64,000 bases of DNA from Piromyces finnis finn (lineage: Eukaryota > Fungi > Neocallimastigomycota). The stretch spans positions 310,001-374,000 of the forward strand of contig MCFH01000036.1 of the NCBI GenBank assembly GCA_002104945.1, written 5' to 3'. Made by a program: the position numbers and the translations under genes. The notes under the pieces were generated by a model. The model was not told where the DNA came from and ran no database searches. It saw nothing but the letters and a program-made list of their open reading frames with translations. This document shows, in pieces, positions 13,028-25,900 of this stretch (its first letter is position 1; the number at the start of each line of letters is the position of its first letter).

Positions 13028-14650
13028 ATGAAATTCTTATCGATTGCATCTTTACTTGTATTATCAATTATAAACGGCATCAATGCTCATACTTATGAGT
13101 CACTTGGTATAAATGCTGTTAAAAAGCAAGAAACAGAAGCATTAATTTCAAAAGAACATACAATTCCAATTATTAATGTTTCAACAAAAGATAATAGTGA
13201 ATTAATTCTTTCAAGAGATAATTACACTGATTGTGTTGTGGATTTCTTTAACGTTGAAAATAAATTCAAATTTAGCGAAAAATCTGCAAAAATTAGAGTA
13301 AGAGGAAACTACAGTGGTTTTTATGGTGATGCTGAACAAATAAAAAATAATACAGTTCCATACAAAATTAAGTTTGATGAAAAGACTAGTTTTTATGGTC
13401 TTCATAACGGTGAAAAATTTAAGAGTTGGACTTTACTTAAGACTTTCGATGGTGTCATTCTTAATGATATTGGTTTAAGAATTGGTCGTCAAATCTTTGG
13501 TAATGAACAATACATTTCTGACTCAAAGTTTGTTAATCTTTATGTTAATGATAAATTCCAAGGTCTTTACGTTCTTTGTGAACAAAATGAAGTTAACGAA
13601 AAAAGAGTTAATATTTCAAAGCCAGAAAAGAATTACAATGGTACTGATATTGGATACTATTTTGAACTTGATCAATACTACTATGAAAAGCAAGGTCAAT
13701 TTTTCCGTTATTTATATGAAGGTGCTACTGTTACAGATTTAAGAGGTAAAGAAAGAACTTTCTTCAAAGCCGAATACACTTTAAAAAGTGACTTCTACTG
13801 TCAAGAACAATTAGACTTTATCGGTCACTTTACTACTAGTATTTTCAAAATTATTTATCTTGCTGTTGAAAAGGGCGAATTCCAAACCTTTGATGAAAAT
13901 TACAATCTTGTTAATTCTACATACACCAATGCTCAAGATACTATCTCTGCTGTAATGGATATAAATACTGTTGTCAATATGTACCTTCTTTACGAAATTG
14001 TTCATGATAATGATGTTGGTGAAGGTAGTTTCTACTTTGCTGCTGATTTTGCTGATAAAAGTAAAACTCCAAAACTTCAAATGGTTTCACCATGGGATTT
14101 TGATTGGATTTTAACTGATGGTCCAAGAAGATACTGGGCTGCTGCTTTTGTTGAAGATTCATTTATCCAAGAATACAGAGATAGATCAAATCCATGGTTC
14201 GTTTTACTTGGTAAGGAAGAATGGTTCCATGAATTAGTTGCAAAGAAATGGGAAGCTGTATCAGATTTAGTTAAAGCCCAAGTTCCTGAACAAAAAGCTT
14301 ATATTGATGAGAATATTGATGAATTTTTAAAGATTGCCAATGTAATTCCAGAAGCAATGCAAAACATTGAAAATGAACATGAATGGCTTTTAAATAGATT
14401 CGAATGGATGGATGAAGCATTTGTTCCAGGTAGAGGTATTTATCCAATTCCAAGTGAAGAAATACCAGCTGCTGAAACTACAACTACTGAAATTGAAATT
14501 CCAACCACTGTTTATTCTACTGTTACTGAAACTTCAACTATCTACATAGATGATGATGATGATGATATTGCTCAAGAAGTAGAAGCAACTGTTGCTGTTA
14601 ATGAAGATGATGATTCTGATTCTGAATATTCTGATGAAGAAGAACAATAA
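13028..14650 (+). CDS. Secreted CotH-family kinase-like protein, copy 1 (intronless; Thr-rich and acidic tail)
   Basis: Signal peptide MKFLSIASLLVLSIINGINA; CotH-like motifs IRVRGNYS, PYKIKFD, FVNLYVNDKFQGLYVLCEQ, GYYFELD, HDNDVGEGSFYF, SPWDFD. Confidence 0.85.
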   Translation: MKFLSIASLLVLSIINGINAHTYESLGINAVKKQETEALISKEHTIPIINVSTKDNSELILSRDNYTDCVVDFFNVENKFKFSEKSAKIRVRGNYSGFYGDAEQIKNNTVPYKIKFDEKTSFYGLHNGEKFKSWTLLKTFDGVILNDIGLRIGRQIFGNEQYISDSKFVNLYVNDKFQGLYVLCEQNEVNEKRVNISKPEKNYNGTDIGYYFELDQYYYEKQGQFFRYLYEGATVTDLRGKERTFFKAEYTLKSDFYCQEQLDFIGHFTTSIFKIIYLAVEKGEFQTFDENYNLVNSTYTNAQDTISAVMDINTVVNMYLLYEIVHDNDVGEGSFYFAADFADKSKTPKLQMVSPWDFDWILTDGPRRYWAAAFVEDSFIQEYRDRSNPWFVLLGKEEWFHELVAKKWEAVSDLVKAQVPEQKAYIDENIDEFLKIANVIPEAMQNIENEHEWLLNRFEWMDEAFVPGRGIYPIPSEEIPAAETTTTEIEIPTTVYSTVTETSTIYIDDDDDDIAQEVEATVAVNEDDDSDSEYSDEEEQ

Positions 14651-16490
14651 ATAAAATAGAATGTGTGAATAAATAAAAAATTTAAAATACTTGATAGTAA
14701 AAAAGAAAAGAAAATAATAATAATAGTAATAAAATTAATAGATAATAATAAAAATAATAGATAATAGTAAAAATAATAGATAATAATAAAAATAATCATA
14801 TATTTTAACAATAATAGAATTAAGATATTAAAAATAAAATAAATTTATTTCTCTCTTAGAAGATGAATATATTAAGTTTCTCTATAAAATAAAATAAAAT
14901 AAAATAAAATTTCTCACTTTATTTATAAGAAAAAAATATATTAATGAAATCCCTTTTTAATAGTCTGGTTGATACCTTGTCTTTTGTTTTTTTTTTAAAT
15001 ATTTGTTTTCTAAAATAAAAACGATAAAAAAAATGTTTTTTTTTTTTTTTTTTCTTTCAATAGTTTATAGTTTTCAAAAAATTTAATTAATGCCTTCGTA
15101 TTAAAATTACAATAAATAGCTATTGAGAAACTGAAAAGTAGAGTTTTTTTTTATAAATTATTTAATTTTTTTTTGGGGGATAAATTATTTCTACTTGAAA
15201 TAAATCAATATTCATTCAATTCAGTCACAAAATTGAAATACAGATCAAAGCTTGAAATTGCTTACAATTGAAATATTAAATAATAACAATAATAAAAATA
15301 ATAATATTTATAAAAATTTAAAATCGACAAAATATATATATATATATATAATATCTTAATCATTGTTTTTTAAAATATATAAATGCATCAATTTAAAATT
15401 AAAAATATTCTGTTCTTAGTAATATTTCTTTTTTATAAAAAAAAATTATTAAAATTAATTCCCTTTTATATTTTATAAAATAAAATAGTAAAATACAAAA
15501 TTAATAATACTATTTTTAAATCAATTTCAAGTTTATGATATTAGTATTACTTTATTTTTACAAAGAACTTTTAATTTTATTACAGTTCAAATTCATAAAT
15601 TTAATAATTTAAATTATTTCTTCTAACTTAAACAAAAGAGTCATTACAAAAATTGTCGTATAAATAAAGAAATGAATGTAAATATTATAAAAGAAATCAT
15701 AATTGAAATTACTAAATAAGCACATAGAAATACAAAATGCATTGTTATTATGATATTATTAAACCCATATAATTAGTAATTCATATTTAATTTATTGAGA
15801 TGAAATATAAAAATTATTACTTATTACTTAATAATGATTATAATTATTTAGTAATATACATAATTATATGTATGTTTTTAGTATATTCGAATTTCATAAA
15901 ATATACTAAAAGATAATATTCATATAAAATATTATTTTTTGTTTTGTATAATTACTATTATAATTATCATTATTAGTATCATGTTTATATATTATTTATT
16001 TAAATATTCACTTTATTCATATGAAATTAATAATTACTATTTATTATCTAATATATAATAATAAATTAATATATACAAAATATTATATATAAAAGAAAGA
16101 TACATTTATTAAGATACATTTATTATTAATACTTTTTAATTATTCATTTAATTTTTTTTTTATATTTTATTTTATCCATTTGTTTTTTATAATATATTAT
16201 TTAAAAGTAATTCTGTATATTAAAAATACATTTTAATATATTGGAATAACTTTAAAAATAAATTAAATTTTTTTAATTAATTTTTTTATAAAAAGAATTT
16301 CATTTTTTCTTTTCCTTCTTTTTTTTTTTTCTTTTTTTTTATTATTTATCTTATTATTTATTATAAAGACTTTTAAATATTTTATTAGTGTAATATCAAT
16401 AAAAAACGATTAAGACAATAACAACAACATTATTATAATAAATTAGAAAGAGATAAAAAAAAGGAAACTTAAAAATTGTAAAATCACAAC

Positions 16491-16775
16491 ATGAAATTTG
16501 ATTATATATTAAACACACTAAGGTTATTGTCATTAACTTTACCATTTGTTAATGGCAAAGCAATAGACTTAAACGAAGATGAATGTGATGGCATTATAAA
16601 ATATTTAGGAAATTTCAACACATATAATAATTTTCTACTTTTTAACGAAAAAGAAGAAATATGCAAAGTTAATGATTCTGGAAAAGTTGACTATTTGTAA
16701 GTTATTATGTTGTATTTTAATTAATAAATATATATATATTATATATATATAATGTATATAAGAGAAAGTGAAATA

Positions 16776-16806
<31 letters not shown>

Positions 16807-19658
16807 AAATGATAACTTTTTTATATAATTAATACATTAATACAGAAATGTTCGTATTAGAGATGGATCGACAGAGGAACAAATTGAAAAACTTTTATCA
16901 TATGATACTATTACTAACTTGTAGGTTATAAATATTACAATATAATTTTATTTATTATTATTTTAAACTCTAATTTTTTTATTAAATACATTATATATCT
17001 AATATATATAATAAATAATAATAAAAATTAGAGAATATAGTATCTATTATGGAGATGTTTATACAAGTTTTTATGGTTATATAAAAGAACCTGAAAAATA
17101 CTTAGGAATATCAACTTCAATTTCTAAATTACAAAATTTAGAATATTTGTAAGATTTTTTTAATATAATTATATTAAATTATATTATATATACGAATATT
17201 AAATTTTTTAAATAAAATCTACTATAGAAATATCAATCATTATGCGACTACTAATGAATGTTCAACGAGTTGTCCTAGATACTACTTAAAGAAAATTGAA
17301 AAGGGTTCTTTAAATAACTTAAATAAATTAAAGACTTTGTAATAAGACTATTAAATATTTATATAAATATCTATTATTATATATTTTATATAAATTACAT
17401 CATATTGATAACTTAAATTGCTATTTATTATTAATCTTTAAATCATAATTATAGAAAATTACATGGAGTTAGAATATCACAAGATAATATTAATGAAATT
17501 TCTCAATCAAAAAATTTAGAAGAATTGTATCTATCATTTTATTATAAAATTCACAATAAATACTTAAAATGCTTTAATTAAAATTTTAAAGCAATATAAT
17601 TAATATTATGTATTTTATAATATAATAGATCTTTTGAAAATTGTTATCTTGAAGATTCTATTGATTATAAACCATTAAAAAATCTTGATAAATTATCTAA
17701 AATGTAAGATATAAGATATTTAAAAATTTAAAGAATTAAACAATATTAAGTAATAATAAATAATAAAGTGATAAATTGTTAACATTATATTAATAATTTA
17801 TTAATAATAATATATTAATTAAATATTATTATTATTATATTTTATAAAATTAGGACTATCGTAGAGAGTATACTTGGATTTGCTTCCTTTGAATATAATA
17901 CTAGTTTTGAATCTATAAATAACTTATTAAATAATATTGATGGTCCATTAAAAGAATTGTAAGTAATGAAATATTAGATAATATAAAAAGTTTAATATCT
18001 GAATATTATAACTATTATATAAAATTAAAATTTAATATAATAAATATTTAATGAATAAAATGTTATTAGATCATTAAGGTCATCAAACCTTTCAGAAATT
18101 GATATTCCTTCAAGTATTGAAAAATTGTAATATTAAATAATTAATGAAGATAATAATTATAAAGAATTAATAAATATATTATATTAATATTATTAATTAT
18201 ACTAATACTGATACTATGTTCAATTTCTTTTAGATATGCTTCATATAATGGAATTAATTTTTCAAACGAAGATTCGATTGATTTAAGAAAATCACATAAA
18301 CTCAAAAATATGTAAAATTTAAAAATTATTATAAATTAACATTTATAAATATATTAACATTTCCATTTATAAATCAATAAAAAATATTTTATAGAGAATT
18401 TAGGTATGATCCATTAATGCTTTCAATATATTCGCATTTGAGTGCAAGATTGGAATTTAAACTACCAACATCCAATAATATAGAGACATTGTAATTATTA
18501 ATTAGTCAAAGTTCAATTAAAACGATTAACCTATATAATTTATCTTATTTTCAATGACTAATACCTAATACTAATTTTATATTTTTATATTATTATTTAA
18601 AATAAACAATTATTATAGAAAACTTAGTAGAGTTGAATTAAGTGATGAACAAATGAAAGAGATTTCATTCTCTTCTAATCTTAAAGAACTGTAATATAAA
18701 ATTATCCTATAAAAATAATACATTTTATTTTAATTAATAATTAATTTTCTAATAAAATATTATATACTACTATGTAATATTTTTTTAGTAATTGCATCAA
18801 TACAGTACTTTATGATATATCAAATAATACCGAACAATCAATAAATCAATTAAAAAATCTTCAATCTTTGTAATAAATATATTTACAAATTATTAAATAA
18901 TTAATCTTTGTATATATAACTGATTCTATAATATAAAAATATTAACTTTTTATAATAATTATTTGTCTTAATATGTCAATTTATCAGGTCAATAAATACA
19001 GAAAATTTACATGGTCCAAAATATACTGATTTTAATTTTAGATTATCAGAGTTAAAAGAATTAAAATCTTTGTAAGTTTAAATAAAAATGAATAAAAAAA
19101 TAAAATATAATCAAATAAAAATATTAAATAATAAATAATGTTAATTAAAAATATTATATTTTAATAATATTAGGGATATGGAAAACTTTATAATTGGAAA
19201 AGATGTTTTAAATGATATTGCTTGTTTACCAAAACTTGATGAACTGTAAAGCATATTTAATATAATAATTAATAACAAATAAATAATAATTTTTTCTATT
19301 CAAATTAATATATATACTAACTATAATTTTTAAATATTAAATATAATTTTTTAAATATTAAATATAATTTTTTAAATATTAAATATAATTTTTTAAATAT
19401 TAAATATAATTTTTTAAATATTAAATATAATTTTTTAAATATTACGTATATTATTAATTATGTTTATAAAATTATAAATAATTCAAAAAAATTATTAATA
19501 GTAATATTCAAAATTCAAAATTATATAAAGATACATCATCAAACGAAGATATTTATTTTGATATTAGCCTTAATGATTTGAAAAAAACATGTTCTTCTAA
19601 TATAACTGATGTTGAATCAACTATCATTGAAACTACTACTACTACCACTACTACTACC

Positions 19659-19700
<42 letters not shown>

Positions 19701-20588
19701 GCTGCTACTACTACTGAAAATAAACCTACTTCTAATTTATCTGATGACAAAACAGAAACAATTATTGTTAATGAAAATAAACCAACTACTACATTATCAA
19801 ATAATAAAAATGAATTAGTTACTACCACTAATACTAATACTAGTACTATTACAACTTCTATTACAACTTCTATTAATACCAATAGTAATACAACTACTAC
19901 TATTAATAAGGCTATTAATACTACTACTTCTGTTATTATACAAACCAAAGTTCCAGAAATCGATTACAATGATAATAGTGATTCTGATGATGAAGTAGAT
20001 GACAATAGTAATATTATTATAAATAATAATAATAATAAAAATGATGAAAATAATCAAAATTCAAATATTGATATTGATGAAGAAGAAAGTGATGTTGATA
20101 TCGATGAAAATACAAAAGATTATCTTCGTCAAATATTTAACTGGTTTTCAGAAGTAATTAATGTACTTGGAATTGGTTCATCTAATTCTAATTTATCCAA
20201 TAATAAAAATGAAATAACTACTATTACTACTGGTGTTACTACTACCCATACTACACCTTCTATCACTACTTTCTCTACTACTTCTACTGATAATAAACCA
20301 ACTTTTACTTCTTCATCCAATACTAAAACTGAAATAACTACTACAACTATTATTATGGCATATCAAACTTCTGAAATTGATAATAATAGTAATAATAATA
20401 ATACTACAAATACAAACAATACAAATAATAATACAAACAATATTCAAAATTTAAACAATGATGGAAATAATAATGTTCAAATTGATAAAAGTATTAAGGA
20501 TTATCTTGATCAATTATTATATTGGTTTTTAGATATTCTTAAAACATTAAATTTAAAATTAAGAAATGTCATTAAACAATTATTTTAA
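16491..20588 (+). CDS. Secreted LRR protein with Thr/Ser/Asn-rich stalk, copy 1. About 795 aa, 15 exons: 16491-16696, 16846-16920, 17032-17148, 17228-17338, 17455-17526, 17629-17703, 17854-17958, 18070-18126, 18234-18311, 18395-18490, 18619-18690, 18789-18869, 18988-19071, 19174-19245, 19502-20588
   Basis: Signal peptide (MKFDYILNTLRLLSLTLPFVNGKA). Thirteen internal exons, all multiples of 3, end in LxxLxxL-type LRR motifs (ISKLQNLEYL, LNNLNKLKTL, LKNLQSL, LSELKELKSL, IACLPKLDEL). All junctions are GT-AG phase 2 and join in frame to the 19578-20588 ORF. Confidence 0.85.
19323..19444. repeat. 21 bp AT minisatellite (ATATAATTTTTTAAATATTAA) x6 in LRR copy 1 intron 14
   Basis: Directly visible. 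Homologous tracts have 11 units at 31040-31262 and 6 units at 36386-36505. Confidence 0.9.
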
Positions 20589-21569
20589 ATATCTTAACAA
20601 TACCAATTTACTTTAATTAAATTGGAAGAAAGGAAAAGAAAATACAACAAATATGAATCGAATTGAATAATAACAATAATAATAATAATAATCAAAAGCA
20701 AAACTAAAACTCTAAAATAATAATTAAAAATCAAATGAAATGAATAATTTAATTCTCAATTTCAAATGAATAGAATAATAATAATTTTTATTATTAAAAA
20801 TTTTTATTATTGAAAATTTTTATTATTGAAAATTTTTAAATTAAATAATAATACAAAAAATTTCAAATATTTCTAAAAATTCAATTATTTCAAGAATACA
20901 AAGTAACATTTTTCGCAAAATATATAATATATATTATGTTTATATATTATAACAATTCGCAAATTAACTACAAATAATATTTAAAAAAAGAAATAATAAT
21001 TAACACTATTACTATATATTTTAAATATATAAGTTATTAAATACTAATATTATTTAATATTTTAAATATTTTATTTTAATATTATAAATATATAATTATT
21101 TTATTATTATTATTATATGATTATTTTATGATTATTTTATGATTATTTTATGATTATTTTATGATTATTATATGATTATTATATATTTTTATTATATTAT
21201 TAAAACTAACTATTTTATATGATTTAAACTTTATAAATTTATTATAAATATGTATATACAACATATACAACATTCATATTTATATTTATTCCTTATTATT
21301 TAATTATTTATATCTATTATATCAATATATCAATATTTATAAAATATTATAAAATATTTTTAAAAAAAAAATATTCTACTTATATTTCTCTTTTTAAAAG
21401 TTACATTAATACTACACCAATATTTTTAATTCTATAGTAACACTCATAATCAAATTTCTAAAAATTTAAATTATTATTATATTAATATAAAATAAATTTA
21501 GATCATATAAAATGTAATTAAAATAAATATTATATATATAAATACATATACTTCATTTATTATCTTTAT

Positions 21570-21739
21570 CCTCTTGGGAACGTGCCTTCATTTATTTAAT
21601 AAATGTAGTTTCTCAAGGGGGTCTACTCATGCTCATGGTACTGAGAGAGTAGGAAGAATTAAATCCAAGTATTGCGCAATGGATACTTGGTTAGTCTTTA
21701 TTTGGAAATATTATTAGGACTAAGCTCATGGTACTGAGC
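21570..21739 (+). ncRNA. Candidate structured RNA (five adjacent hairpins) at the 5' end of the LINE-associated segment
   Basis: Stems by eye: 21570-79/21611-20 (10 bp, 2 GU); 21623-28/21647-52 enclosing CTCA-TGGTAC-TGAG; 21665-72/21683-90; 21691-98/21716-23; GCTCA-TGGTAC-TGAGC at 21724-39. Confidence 0.5.
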
Positions 21740-22980
21740 GAACAGAGTTGATAATTTGAGTGTTAGTTGTTATATCATATATCCCTTACACCTTCAACTT
21801 ATTTTTTAGATAGTAGTTGCTTTAACAACTTTTATAACATATTATTTTAAACTTAAAATTGTTTGATTCGGTAGTATTAAATACTGATTTTGAATATTTC
21901 TTGATTTCATTTTTATTTTAGCTTTCATCGATAATTTGTTATCCCAGTTTACTACTTATTCTCTTTGTTCTTTTATTCCTTTTTTATTCTTTATATGTTG
22001 ATTAGTCAGATAGTTTTGTTTTTTCAGTTAGTTGGTTATTCCTTTCATTTATTCTTGAGTTTCGTGTGGGGTGCAGCTTTCATTACTATAATCATATTTA
22101 ATCTTTTATTTTTTCTATTTTTATTATTTTCGAGGGGCGCGGTTTTTTTTATTTTTCCTTTATGATTTTATATGATTCTAGTAATATCTTTTTTTATTTC
22201 TTATTTTTTTGTAACTCTAGATTTTCCAAGGAATCTCTTTTCTACTAACATTCTTTTGTATACTTTTCCTATCTCTTTTCTATATATATATATTTCTTAT
22301 ACTTTATATTATATGTATATTTATATATCTGTATAACTTAATTAGGTTTATTATGGACTATTATGGTAAGTATTAACACCTTTTTTTCTTTAACATTTCT
22401 ATTATCAAAGCTTCTATCCTGGAAAATCGAGTATTCTATTTTTATATTGTAAATACTACTCTTGTTTCAATTTTATCTTTAAAAAAAAAAAAAAAAAAAA
22501 AAAATTTTATTATGTTTACCCAAAATTCTTCAACTTTTTTCCATTATTTTTGATATAACAACTTTTCACTCTTATTATCTCTCTACCTTACAACATAAAC
22601 AACCTATATGAATGTTCAATTTCAACAATCAGAATCAACACAATACAATAATCATCCAATAAATTATACAATTCTTATTAATATAAAGAGCTTTCAAAAT
22701 ACAGTTATAATACAGAAATCCAAAGTGATAGATATTCAAAATTTATCTTCCCGTTTAAAGTCTTCAGTAGAGTTAGAACTAAGTTTGTCAACAACTTAGC
22801 CACTTTTCCAGTTATAAATTTAAAATATTGTTTGACAAATAATCCACTTGCTATATAATATATCCGTCTTTACTATTATTATTTTTATTTTACTATATAT
22901 TTTATTTCATTATCTTATTTATATCATTATATCAATACTTCAAACTATTAATATCTATTGTCATAATAAGTTCTTTCAAA

Positions 22981-25900
22981 ATGAACAATACCAATTGTAC
23001 TGTACCTACCTTACGACGTGGTCTTCGTTTCTTCGGATCTAACTCCAATAAATCATATCTAATTTTTATCCATGATCTTAGTTCATGGTCAAAACAACGA
23101 CTAATGGAATTTCTTTTAAAGGACATTCAACCTTTCAATGATATTCTTCAATCCCTCACCAAAAAATATTCACAATCACTCGGTATCTATTTCATTCTTA
23201 AAGTCAATGGAAAATGTCCGCTTAAAGCCATGTTACTTATACACTCACTTTCTGAAAAACTCCCAATCTCTAGTAAAATATCTTGGAAATTCATTGATAA
23301 GCTCAAAAACAATAGATCATACAAAAACAAACGATCTATCAAATCTACTACTGGTCCACTCTCTGACGATTTCTATTTTAGTCATCTAAGCTCTAATGCT
23401 TCCTTTTTCAACTTATGTACTTGTTGGAACATCAATGGTTGGAACCCGGAGAAAAAGGACGGTGTTTTATACTTCATCTCTGTTTTCAAACCTGTATGTG
23501 TCTGTCTTCAAGAAGTAGGTAACAGCCAATTCCTCTGTGGTAATGCAATTTCCTCCCCATGCCTACCGAACTATAAACCAGTACACAGACGTGCTAATCC
23601 TAAAGTTCCAGGTATGAGAGGACTTTACATTGGTGTTCATAATTCTTGTTCCTTTACTCCTGAACCTCTTCTATATAAGTACATCATTTCAGTTACAATA
23701 TTGTCATTTTGGAACCAGAGATGTACCATTGGTAATATTTACTTCCCGCAAACTAGATGGCCGGATGCTAGATTAATTGCCTTTGATGAACTTGATAAGT
23801 GGTTAACAACGCATAACAAATTCAACCACCCAGCTATCCTTGTAGGAGACTTTAATATGTCAGCTATTAAAATCAAATCTTATATATCACAACACTTCCC
23901 GGATTGGACTATGGCTGAGTTAACTGGTAATAATTTTACCTGGGAAAAAGGATCTAAATCTTCATGCATTGATCATATTATATACAACAAAGCTATGACA
24001 GAACACATAAACAAATCTTCAGTTTGTGAAGTTTTCCACGATGTTTCTGATCACAAACCGATCCTTGTGTCTTGTAAAAAAGACTCTTCGGATGGTTTCA
24101 AAAAGCCTAAGAAGACCTTTAAGTGGTCAAGTCATATCTGTAACACAAAGTGTTCTGACATTCTTACTAGTAATCGTTTTGCTGTTCTAGCTTCCGAGCT
24201 TGAAGCTAATTGTGATAGCCTTTTGGCTGACGATATGGTTTCAAGATTTTTAGATACTTCCAAAACTATAGGTAAAGAAATAAAAGCCATTGTGCCTGCA
24301 GATTTAAAAGGTCCAGCATTCCATTGCCCTCAATACATCAAAAACTTATCACATGAAAAACACCTGGCTTACAAAAATATTAAGCCCCTTTCAGATTGCG
24401 CTGACATGGAAAATTATCTTAACCAGTTCTCCATATACCAAAATCTATGTAATACCATCAAAAAGGTTAAGAGCAAATTCAGATCCAATCTCTATAAAGC
24501 TAATATTGTTTCTATCGGTAAACATTTTATTGATAAAAGCTTTAGACAAGGTTGGAAAGGCCTTAAAAAACTTGCTAAACCAAGTTATTCGTCCTCCCAT
24601 GTTTCAACTATTAAGGACAAGAATGGCAAGGATTTATTTACTCCTCAAGAACAATTAAAACGTTGGGCTGAACATTATGAAAATCTTGCATCGGATGTTA
24701 CAAATCACAGCTTAAATCGTGGTTACTGGGAAAGAGCCTTCCAATTCAACCATATCAATCAAATAGCATGGGATATAAATGGTCCCATTTCTATTGAGGA
24801 AATTAGAAATGTTGTTCTGTCAATGAAGAATAACAAGGCTCCAGGTCCCGATGGTATCCCAATTGAATTTTTCAAAGCTTTCTTTTGTAACGAAGAACTG
24901 GAGAAAGAACATAAGTCTGCTGGAAATTGTCTTAAATTAATTTTTAATAAAATCTGGAATGGTTCCTTTCCTTTGAAATGGAACTCTGCTTCCATTGTTT
25001 CTATTCCAAAGAAAGGCGATCTTTCAGACTGTAATAATTATCGTGGTATTTCTCTCATCAATGTAGGTCTTAAAATTATTTCAAAAATTGTAACTAATAG
25101 AATTTCAAAGTATGCTCTTTCTCATAATTTTATAAGACCTGAGCAATTTGGTTTTCGCAATAAAGAAGAATGTATTAGCTTATTTATTTCCATTAGAGAA
25201 ATCTGTCAAAGAAGGAAATTTAAAGGAAAAGCCACTTATGTCGCCTTTCTAGACCTTAAAAAAGCATACGACTCAGTTCCTATTTTTAATATCCTTACAA
25301 AGTTATATAAATTAGGTATACGTGGTAAATGTTTTGATTTTCTCAATAATCTCTACTCTACCTCTAAAGCTCGTGCACGTTTCTTGGATATGCTTTCCAA
25401 TGAATTCCCTATAAACCGTGGTGTAAGACAAGGATGTCCTCTTTCTCCTATACTGTTTAACCTCTTTATCAATGATATTTTAAATAAATGTGAAAGGCTT
25501 GGAGTTAGCTTAGGTAATAAACGTTGTTGTGGTGGCCTTTTCGCTGATGACATTGTTTTGATTGCTCCTAGTAAGAAGAACCTTCAAAAGATGCTCAATC
25601 TAGTCCTTGATTGGGCTAATTTAAATGAAATGTCTTTTGGAATAAATAAATGTGCAACTATTGTTGTTAAACCTATCAACTTTAATAGATCCCCTAGTTA
25701 TGTCGACCCAACATTTTACATCGGTATGTACTCGATTCCAAAGGTTTCTTGCTATACTTATCTTGGAATCCCATTCGACGAAGATCTTTCTTTGACTCCT
25801 ATTCTGTCTAATATGTACAAAAAAGTTCAGAATTCTTTATTCTCTTTTAAGAACTTCCTCACCAACAATTGTGTTCCTATTGGCTTAAAAAACATAGTAA

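Larger units (their letters stand above)
16215..21569 (+). repeat. Left arm of a ~5.4 kb inverted segmental duplication
   Basis: Reverse complement of 28849-~34350 across promoter, all exons and introns, and ~1 kb downstream. Homology ends at ...TTATCTTTAT (21569). Confidence 0.9.

Noticed and set aside
21631-21745. Hammerhead or HDV ribozyme in the LINE leader
   Set aside because: CTGAGAG and CTGAGCG do not match CUGANGA, and I could not build the HDV nested pseudoknot. Kept only as an unclassified structure.
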